Shown one piece after another: positions 47,479 through 54,378 of a stretch of 54,378 nt of DNA. The translations under genes were made by a program, and so were the position numbers. The DNA lies in the NCBI GenBank assembly GCA_031372565.1, contig JANMLN010000148.1:1-54378 (forward strand), written 5' to 3'. Position 1 is the first letter of the stretch. Each line of letters starts with the position of its first letter. Under the pieces are notes generated by a model. That model was not told where the DNA came from, ran no database searches, and saw nothing but the letters and a program-made list of their open reading frames with translations. The DNA comes from Gemmatimonadota bacterium. Its GTDB lineage: Bacteria > Gemmatimonadota > Gemmatimonadetes > Gemmatimonadales > Gemmatimonadaceae.

Positions 47479-49152
47479 ATGCAACGCCTCATCCTCGCGG
47501 CCTCTTTCGTCTGCACGGCCATCGCACAGCCGCTGTCGGCCCAGTCGCTCGACGCCCCCACCCGGGCGCGCGTCGACTCCGTCTTCGCCCGCTTCGATCG
47601 AACCGATAGCCCCGGCTGCGCACTGCTCGCCAAGCGCGACGGCCGCACGGTCTACGCGCGCGGATACGGCATGGCCAGCCTCGAGCTCGGCGTCGCCATC
47701 ACGCCGCAGACCGTCATGGACATCGGCTCGACCTCCAAGCAGTTCACCGCCGCGGCCATCTGGCTACTCGCGCAGGACGGCAAGCTGTCGCTCGACGATC
47801 CCGTCCAGAAGCACCTGCCCGAGCTGCCGCGCCTCGCCGCGCCCGTCACGCTGCGCCACATTCTGCAGCACACGAGCGGCTGGCGTGACTATACCGACCT
47901 GATGGCCCTCGGCGGCGCGCAGGACGAAGAGGTGACCACCGCGGCCGACGCCATCACGGCGCTCGGGCGCCAGCGCGCGGGCAACTTTGCGCCGGGCGCG
48001 GAGTGGAGCTACAGCAACACCGGCTTCTTCCTCGCGAACCAGGTCGTCGAGCGCGTGAGCGGTCGCTCCATGCGCGACTTCCTCCGCGAACGGATCTTCG
48101 CGCCGCTCGGCATGACACACGCCGACCTGTTCGACGATCATGCGCGCATGTTTGCAGGACGTGCGCCGTCGTACGTGCCGGGCGCGAGTGGCTGGAAGGT
48201 GGCCGCCAGCAACTGGGAGCAGACTGGCGATGGCGCGGTGCAGGCGAGCGTGGAAGAGCTCGGGCGTTGGGACGCGAACTTCGACGCGCCCGTGCCCGCC
48301 GTGGGGGGCCGCGCGCTCATCGATTCGCTCCAGCGCTCGGGCACGCTCAGCGACGGCACGCCGATCAGTTATGCGTATGGTCTCAGCGTCGACCGCTATC
48401 GCGGCGTGAAGCGCGTGCAGCATGGCGGCGCATGGGCCGGCTACCGCGCCATGTCGATGCGCTTTCCCGATCAGCGCGCCGCGGTGTACCTCACTTGCAA
48501 CGCGGGAAACGCCAACACGCAGGCACTCGCCGAGGGGGTCGCAGATGCGATGCTCGCGCGTGTGCTGGGCCCCACCGACGCGGAGCGGCTGCGCGACAGT
48601 CTCGCACTGCCCACGCGTGCGGAGTTCACCAGCATGGCGGGCGTCTGGTTCGACGCGACCATTGGCCGGACCTTCACCCTCGTGCCCGACGACAGCGGCG
48701 CCACGATCGGCAGTCCGCAGGGCGGCCCACGCCGTCGGCTGATGCGCGTGGGCGATGGTCGCTTCGTGGCGACCCCCGTGCAGCCGAGTCCCGCGCGTTT
48801 GCTCTGGGACGCGGCGACCGCGAGCATCGTGCAGGTGCCGGAGATCGGGGCACGCGTGCGCTTCACGCGCGTGCGCGCGGCGACCCCGCTGTCCCAGGCG
48901 CAGCGCGGGGAACTCGTCGGCAGCTACACGAGCGCCGAGGTACCGGGCACGTGGACCGTGGATGCCAAGGGCGACACGCTGCGTCTCACCATGCCGCGCC
49001 GGAGTGCCGTGGTGCTGCAGCCGACCATCGCCGACATGTACTCGGCCGACGGGTTGCCGATTCGCGTGGTGCGTGATGCGCGTGGGAGGGTGAGTGCGCT
49101 CAGCGTGACGACGCGCGGCGTGCGTGACCTGCGGTGGGTGCGCGCGCCGTAG
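47479..49152 (+). CDS. Secreted serine hydrolase (beta-lactamase/D-aminopeptidase-like)
   Basis: GSTSKQF, HTSG, YSNTG, HGGAWAGY; C-terminal beta domains. Confidence 0.9.
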   Translation: MQRLILAASFVCTAIAQPLSAQSLDAPTRARVDSVFARFDRTDSPGCALLAKRDGRTVYARGYGMASLELGVAITPQTVMDIGSTSKQFTAAAIWLLAQDGKLSLDDPVQKHLPELPRLAAPVTLRHILQHTSGWRDYTDLMALGGAQDEEVTTAADAITALGRQRAGNFAPGAEWSYSNTGFFLANQVVERVSGRSMRDFLRERIFAPLGMTHADLFDDHARMFAGRAPSYVPGASGWKVAASNWEQTGDGAVQASVEELGRWDANFDAPVPAVGGRALIDSLQRSGTLSDGTPISYAYGLSVDRYRGVKRVQHGGAWAGYRAMSMRFPDQRAAVYLTCNAGNANTQALAEGVADAMLARVLGPTDAERLRDSLALPTRAEFTSMAGVWFDATIGRTFTLVPDDSGATIGSPQGGPRRRLMRVGDGRFVATPVQPSPARLLWDAATASIVQVPEIGARVRFTRVRAATPLSQAQRGELVGSYTSAEVPGTWTVDAKGDTLRLTMPRRSAVVLQPTIADMYSADGLPIRVVRDARGRVSALSVTTRGVRDLRWVRAP

Positions 49153-49156
49153 CGCC

Positions 49157-51790
49157 CTACCCCCGCGGCGCCAGCACGCGCTGGAACGGCGGATACTCCC
49201 GGAGCGGCAGCCAGTCCTCGAACCAGTGCAATCGGCGCCGGATGCCGTAGCCCTGTCCTTGCTTGAGCGACAGCTCGAGCAACGCGATCGCTTCGTCCCA
49301 GTGCTCGCGCCCGAGGTTCACGATGATGGTAGCCCGCTCATACGTCGGAGCGCCCTGCAGGCGATCGCTCGGCCGCGCTTCGAGCCACGCGAGCATCGCG
49401 CGCGCTTCGGTGAGGTCGCCGGTCTGCGCCGCGAACCGGCCGAGAAGTCCGCGGTAGCGGGAGTCGGAGGTGTCGGCCTTGATCCGCTCGCGCATGAACG
49501 CCTTGGCTTCATCCACGCGCCCGACCGCGGCGAGGGTGAGCGCGTTGCGTACGGCGACGTTGCTCGACGTGCGCGCATCCGCCTCGTGCTGCTCGAACCA
49601 GCTTCGGGCGCGCTCGGCCATCGCCTGACCTTGGGTGCGGTGACCGTGCGCCGTCAGTTCGTTGGCCAGCGTGATGTAGACGTTGCCCGCGAAGGAGAAG
49701 TCCTGCCCGTTGCTCGCCGCGGACGCCACGTCGGGTACGAGCCGGTCCATCTCGTCCAGCTTCCCGAGCGCGGCCAACGTGTTCAGCTCCATGTTCAGGT
49801 ACAGCATGTCGCTGGGACGGAGCGCGCGGGCCCGCCGAACGGCGACCAGCGACGAATCGTACGTCCCGACATAGTGCCAGATCTCGCTGAGTGACGCATA
49901 CGCCGCGGCTCGCCGAACCGCCGTCATCGAATCGGCGGGATCGGCGGGCGAGAGGATCGCGTTGTAGCGCGCAATCGCTTCCCGGGGACGGTTGAGGTCG
50001 AGCAGCATGTTGGGCAGCATGAAGATCAGGGGGAACCGTGGCGCCATGGTCGCCACCGCGCGCGCGGCCTCGAGACGCTCGTCGCTGAGTTCCGTGATCC
50101 CTTTGCGTGCGAGCGCGGCCAGCGCCCGTTCAAAGGCGGTGCCGCGAACCACGGCGTCGGCGGCCCATCGTTCCACCGAATCCGCACGCGCGGCGCCTCC
50201 TTCCCAGCGGCCGAAGTAGCTCCCCAAGCCATAGAGCACGCCGAGCATCAGCTTCGACTGCAGAAAGGTCGAGTCTGCCTGGATCGCGCTTCGCAGCGCG
50301 TCGACGGCGCGAAGGCGACCGGCCGTGCCGATCTCGCTCCTGAAGGTCTCGAGCGCATCCTGATACAGCCGGAAGGCGTCGGGCTGCGGCAGGTTGCCGC
50401 TGGGAAGCGCCACCACACCGAGCGACCGGTTGGTCACGAAGCCCGCGGCGACGGTCGCGGGCTCCACCGCGCGCCGAATCGCGGCCGCGTCGCCGGCCCG
50501 CGCCAGCGTGACGGGCGCCAACTGGCGAACGACCTGCGCCGAGCGCGCGTCGACGAGTCGGACGCTGAGTTCCGCGTCACTCCCGCCGGCGCGAAGGAGC
50601 GGGACGACGGCGATCATCGCGCCTGCCTCGCGGGCTGCCGACGCCGCCTCGACGTCCGATTCCGTGGCACTCGCGGCTGTGCGCACGCTCGCCCACGGCC
50701 ACCCGCCGATCCCCTGCACGAGTGCATCATCCACGCGCCGGGCCAGCGGCTGTAGTGCGGGATCGCCGGCTGCTGCGGTGCGGAACACCAGGACGGCGCG
50801 ACTGTCGAGGGCTCGCTCGGGTGCGCTGCGCGTGAACCACGCCCCTGCGGCAACAGCGGCCAGCACGAGGATCGCACTCACCCCGAGTATCGCGCTCCGT
50901 CGACGCGGTGCCACCGCTGCGGATCCCGATGCATCCGTGACGCTCGCCGCCGACGTGGTGGTCACCAACGCTGCCGCAAAGGCCGACATCGTCGCGAACC
51001 GATCCGCCGGCGCCTTCGACAGCGCGCGCGCGACAGCGGCCTCGACCGCTGGTGGCACGCTCGCGCGCGTGGTGCGCAACGCGCGCGGTGCCTCGGTCAT
51101 CAGCCGCGCCATGATCACCTGCGACGTGGCACCGGTGTGCGGCGGCTCGCCGGCCAACATCTCGTACAGCATCGCGGCCAGCGAGTACTGGTCCGATCGC
51201 GCGTCGATCTCGCGCTCGCCGCTCGCCTGCTCCGGGCTCATGTACTGCGGCGTGCCGAGCGAAATGCCCGTCTGCGTCACGCGCGCGCCACCGGCATTGC
51301 TCACCGCCAGCGCGATGCCGAAGTCGGCGATCACGGGCTGCCCCGACTGCAGCAGCACATTCTCGGGCTTGAGGTCGCGGTGGATCACGCCGGCAGCGTG
51401 CGCGTGGGCGAGCGCGCCGGCCATCGCCGACGCCATGCGGACCGCCTCATCAACGGGCAACTGCCGCTCGCGCTCGAGCTGTCCGCGCAGCGTCTCGCCG
51501 TCCACGAACGGCATCACGTAGTACAGCTGGCCCGCCGCCTCGCCGCTGTCGAAGAGCGGCAGGATGTTCGGATGCTGCAGGTTGGCCGTCACCCGGATCT
51601 CGGCCAGGAACCGCTCGACGCCAAGCACGGCGCCGAGCTCGGCGTCGAGCACCTTGATGGCAACCCGGCGGTCGTGCTTGTGATCGCGGGCCAGGAACAC
51701 GGTCGCCATCCCCCCGCGTCCGATCTCGCGCTCGATCGTGTATCGGCCGACGAGGGCGCTGTTCAACTGATCACGCATGGTGGGAGACAT
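49157..51790 (-). CDS. Hanks-type Ser/Thr protein kinase with TM and TPR-like sensor region
   Basis: GRGGMATV, VAIK, HRDLKPEN, DFG, GTPQYMSPEQ; TM helix; helical repeats; start is 51790 or 51778. Confidence 0.93.
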   Translation of the reverse strand: MSPTMRDQLNSALVGRYTIEREIGRGGMATVFLARDHKHDRRVAIKVLDAELGAVLGVERFLAEIRVTANLQHPNILPLFDSGEAAGQLYYVMPFVDGETLRGQLERERQLPVDEAVRMASAMAGALAHAHAAGVIHRDLKPENVLLQSGQPVIADFGIALAVSNAGGARVTQTGISLGTPQYMSPEQASGEREIDARSDQYSLAAMLYEMLAGEPPHTGATSQVIMARLMTEAPRALRTTRASVPPAVEAAVARALSKAPADRFATMSAFAAALVTTTSAASVTDASGSAAVAPRRRSAILGVSAILVLAAVAAGAWFTRSAPERALDSRAVLVFRTAAAGDPALQPLARRVDDALVQGIGGWPWASVRTAASATESDVEAASAAREAGAMIAVVPLLRAGGSDAELSVRLVDARSAQVVRQLAPVTLARAGDAAAIRRAVEPATVAAGFVTNRSLGVVALPSGNLPQPDAFRLYQDALETFRSEIGTAGRLRAVDALRSAIQADSTFLQSKLMLGVLYGLGSYFGRWEGGAARADSVERWAADAVVRGTAFERALAALARKGITELSDERLEAARAVATMAPRFPLIFMLPNMLLDLNRPREAIARYNAILSPADPADSMTAVRRAAAYASLSEIWHYVGTYDSSLVAVRRARALRPSDMLYLNMELNTLAALGKLDEMDRLVPDVASAASNGQDFSFAGNVYITLANELTAHGHRTQGQAMAERARSWFEQHEADARTSSNVAVRNALTLAAVGRVDEAKAFMRERIKADTSDSRYRGLLGRFAAQTGDLTEARAMLAWLEARPSDRLQGAPTYERATIIVNLGREHWDEAIALLELSLKQGQGYGIRRRLHWFEDWLPLREYPPFQRVLAPRG

Positions 51791-51878
51791 GGCGAGGCGA
51801 AAGCTGCACGGTGTGTCGTGCACCGTCCACCGCGCATGTCGTCACGGCGTGCCACGCGCGGCGTCCAGCGTGCGCGCG

Positions 51879-52610
51879 TCAGCCCTGCGCCATCAGGTAG
51901 TCGGCGATCTCCGGCAGGCTCGTCGCCACAAGTTCCGCGTCGCTCGACCCCGACACGCGCACGATGTCGCACCGGATCGCCCGCATCCCCATCCCGATCG
52001 CCCCCACGATATCGGTGCGTTCGATATCGCCCACATGCAGCGTCTCGGCGGGCGGCGTCCCAAGTGCAGCGAGCGCGGCCTGGAAGATCTCCTTCCGCGG
52101 CTTCGCCCAGCCGATGTCGGCCGAGTAGATGGTGGCGGTGAAGAGGCGGCGGATGTTGCGCAGCTCGAGCACCCGGTCCTGCGCCATGCCACTCGCAATG
52201 CCGGTGTCGCTCACGATCGCGAGCCGGAAGCGCACCGCCAGCCGCTCGAGCACGTCGGCCGCGCCGGGAAGGAGTTCGGGTGGATGCGTGATGAGCGCTT
52301 CGTCCACCGCGCGCGCGGTGCGCACCACGCGGGCATCGTGCCGTGGCAGCACGACGCCGCGCTTCGAGAGCAGGTGGGTGACCGCTTCTTCGGTGGTGTA
52401 CCCGCGCTGTTCCACGCGCCACCACGAGTCCAGGTCCCGCGCCACATCCTTGTGCAGCGCGGAGACTTCCTCGGGAGTGAGTGCGTGGCCGAGCTCGGCG
52501 AGCAGGTCGCGAAAGGCGCTGCGTCGGAGCTGCGTGCGCTCGCGTTCGACCGTCCCCTCGATGAGGGTATCCCAGTAGTCGAACGTGATGGCCCTGAGCG
52601 GGGCGGTCAC
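51879..52610 (-). CDS. HAD family hydrolase
   Basis: FDYWDTL, VSDT, KP..EIF, HVGD...DIVGA. Confidence 0.9.
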   Translation of the reverse strand: MTAPLRAITFDYWDTLIEGTVERERTQLRRSAFRDLLAELGHALTPEEVSALHKDVARDLDSWWRVEQRGYTTEEAVTHLLSKRGVVLPRHDARVVRTARAVDEALITHPPELLPGAADVLERLAVRFRLAIVSDTGIASGMAQDRVLELRNIRRLFTATIYSADIGWAKPRKEIFQAALAALGTPPAETLHVGDIERTDIVGAIGMGMRAIRCDIVRVSGSSDAELVATSLPEIADYLMAQG

Positions 52611-52676
52611 AGGACGCGCGCTCGCACGCTCAGGGGGAGACCCGTGGGCACGGCCCGTCGGGTTGCAGCGACCAGA

Positions 52677-52940
52677 CTAGCGCGTGGGGCGCTTGGGCGG
52701 GTTCTCGCTCTTGAACACCGCGCGATTGATCTGCACGTACTCCTTCTGCGCAGCCGGCACGTCCTCCTCGGGGAAGATCGCGGTCACCGGGCACTCCGGT
52801 TCGCACGCACCGCAATCGATGCACTCGTCCGGGTGGATGAAGAGCATCTCCGGCCCTTCGTAGATGCAGTCCACCGGGCACACGTCCACGCACGACTTGT
52901 CCTTGGTATTCTTGCAGGCTTCCGTGATGACGTAGGGCAT
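52677..52940 (-). CDS. 7Fe ([3Fe-4S]+[4Fe-4S]) ferredoxin, FdxA-like
   Basis: MPYVITEAC...[30 protein letters not shown]. Confidence 0.93.
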   Translation of the reverse strand: MPYVITEACKNTKDKSCVDVCPVDCIYEGPEMLFIHPDECIDCGACEPECPVTAIFPEEDVPAAQKEYVQINRAVFKSENPPKRPTR

Positions 52941-53048
52941 GGAACCGGTCAGGCGGGAGAAACGGATGGACCACCCCAAGCGGGGGGGCGGGTCGAAGGG
53001 GCAAAAGATAGCCCCGGCGGAGGGAGCTACCAACCCCGCGACGTGCGG

Positions 53049-53558
53049 TCAGTTGGACGTGAGCTGCGTGATGCTGAAGATCAGGATCGAGTTGGCCGGG
53101 ATCCCGGCCCACGGCGTCGAGCCGTAGCCGAGTTTGGGCGGGATGATGATGACCCGCTTGCCGCCGGCACGCATGCCGATCAGCCCCTCGTCAAAGCCCC
53201 TGATCACGGAACCGGCGCCCACGGTAAAGTTGAGCGCGGCCGCGCCGGGCGCGGTATCCTGGTCGAAGATCGTGCCATCGATGAGCCGCCCTACATAGCG
53301 CAGCGACACCGTCTTGCCGGTGTTCACGACGTTGCCGCCCCCCACCAGCGAATCGCGGGTGAAGGCGCCGTTCGTGGTGACGGCGTAGTCGGTGATCCTG
53401 ATCCCCAACGAGCTGTCGTAGATCGCCGTGAGGGGGTCGGGAGGAGCCTGTGGCGGGCCAGCGGCTGGATTCTCGCAACCCGCGGCGATGGCCAAGGCCA
53501 CCCCACTGGTTACGGCAGCGGCGCGAAGCCGCAGGCGAATGTTGATCGGATTCTTCAT
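53049..53558 (-). CDS. FKBP-type peptidyl-prolyl isomerase, lipoprotein
   Basis: AAGC lipobox; YVGRL.DG..FD, VIRGFDEGL.GM..GGKR..IIPP.LGYG, IPANS.L.F. Confidence 0.92.
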   Translation of the reverse strand: MKNPINIRLRLRAAAVTSGVALAIAAGCENPAAGPPQAPPDPLTAIYDSSLGIRITDYAVTTNGAFTRDSLVGGGNVVNTGKTVSLRYVGRLIDGTIFDQDTAPGAAALNFTVGAGSVIRGFDEGLIGMRAGGKRVIIIPPKLGYGSTPWAGIPANSILIFSITQLTSN

Positions 53559-53679
53559 GCGGCGGGGAAAGCTAACGGGGCCGTGGCGCTGGTGTTGCGC
53601 GTCTACCTCAGGTGTGGCGCAGACTCCACCTGCTACTCCCCGCGCCGGTCGCCGTTCCGAAGGGACTTGCGCGCGGGCT

Positions 53680-53718
53680 TTGGCATATTTATGCTTCTGT
53701 CGTGCATAATCTCGCGCT
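53680..53718 (+). promoter_or_regulatory. Tandem ARG-box-like operator
   Basis: ttGGCATATTTATGCTtc, a 3-bp spacer, then cgTGCATAATCTCGCGct, at the start of an ArgA-like gene. Confidence 0.6.
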
Positions 53719-54265
53719 CGCAACCACCACCGCCATCGTACCGGCCCGCGCCCCGTGGCGCGGTCGTCCGCCGCGGCTCGCCCTGTTCGATGCGAGCCAC
53801 CCGTTGGTGCGTGCGGCCCATTCGTCGGACGTCGAGCAGATCGTCGAGCTGGTGAGCGCGTTCGCGCCGGCGGGGCTGATGCTGCCGCGGTCGGCGGCCC
53901 AGGTGGCGCGCGAGCTCGACAACTATGTGGTCGCGGCTGATCGGACGGGGCATGTGCTCGCCTGCGCCTCGCTCACCGAGTATTCGCCCTCGCTGGCCGA
54001 AGTGGCCTCGGTGGCCGTCGCGCCCTCGCAGCATGGCAAGGGACTCGGGACGCTGGTCGTGAAGGGGGTCGAGACGGTGGCGGCCACGCGCCAGTACGCC
54101 GAACTGTTCGCGCTCTCGTTGCAGGACGGGTTCTTTGCCGCGCTCGGCTACGATCTGACGGACGTGACGCTGTATCCCGAGAAGCTCGCGCAGTGGGCGC
54201 GGCTCCGGAGCGAGGGAGTGGACGTGGTGGAAAAGCGCTGCTTCCGGAAGGTCGTGTCGTCCTGA
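53702..54265 (+). CDS. GNAT N-acetyltransferase, short-form ArgA (N-acetylglutamate synthase)-like
   Basis: R.A..SDVEQI..LV..FA..GLMLPRS, LAEVASVAV.P..HGKGLG, LFALS...FF..LGY; start uncertain. Confidence 0.78.
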   Translation: MHNLALATTTAIVPARAPWRGRPPRLALFDASHPLVRAAHSSDVEQIVELVSAFAPAGLMLPRSAAQVARELDNYVVAADRTGHVLACASLTEYSPSLAEVASVAVAPSQHGKGLGTLVVKGVETVAATRQYAELFALSLQDGFFAALGYDLTDVTLYPEKLAQWARLRSEGVDVVEKRCFRKVVSS

Positions 54266-54371
54266 GCGCAGCGAAGGACCTGCTTCTTTGTCGTCCTGAG
54301 CGTAGCGAATGACCTGCTTATCGACTTGGGGAAACAGCACAAGCAGGTCCATAGCGTAGCGCAGGACGAAG
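54255..54371. repeat. REP cluster: direct copies 54255-54285 and 54289-54319, degenerate inverted copy 54341-54371
   Basis: Same 31-bp unit; the first copy supplies the TGA stop of the upstream gene. Confidence 0.88.
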
Positions 54372-54378
54372 GTAGTTT

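Noticed and set aside
40773..49152. Two beta-lactamase-family genes and a penicillin acylase as antibiotic resistance
   Set aside because: The motifs fit general serine hydrolases, amidases and acylases; there is no mobile context or specific resistance signature.
1..54378. tRNA, rRNA, riboswitch, transposase, integrase or prophage
   Set aside because: No recognisable signatures by eye; a tRNAscan/Rfam run would be needed to exclude small RNAs.

Overview
High-GC bacterial chromosomal window with about 47 protein-coding genes. The gene repertoire (BTAD-TM-TPR and kinase-TM-TPR receptors, barrel-less TonB-plug protein, many secreted peptidases) suggests Gemmatimonadota; this is an inference, not a database result. 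The first ~20 kb is a cluster of mostly secreted peptide/amide hydrolases (M28, GGT, PAL-like NHL, DUF885, S9, Tat amidohydrolase, creatininase, Ntn acylase) with an MFS transporter. Next come a BTAD receptor / RCC1 lipoprotein / double-cupredoxin lipoprotein run, LOG, queG, tandem matrixin proteases, an acyl-ACP desaturase, an ECF sigma / ZAS anti-sigma / protease-less PDZ operon, rnd, an AAA-DUF4143 protein, a Ser/Thr kinase, a 7Fe ferredoxin, an FKBP and an ArgA-like acetyltransferase preceded by tandem ARG-box-like sites. I recognised no rRNA, tRNA, CRISPR array, transposase or integrase. The strongest non-genic signal is a 31-bp REP/REPIN-like element (TGTCGTCCTGAGCGNAGCGAAGGACCTGCTT), present as 14 full or degenerate copies plus 3 half-copies at 7 loci. 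It has a covarying stem and a conserved GCGNAGC DNA mini-hairpin, and often sits within a few nt of stop codons. A second pattern is a -10-like TANNNT box 6-10 nt before the start of many first-in-operon genes, suggesting widespread leaderless expression. All functional calls come from motif recognition by eye.
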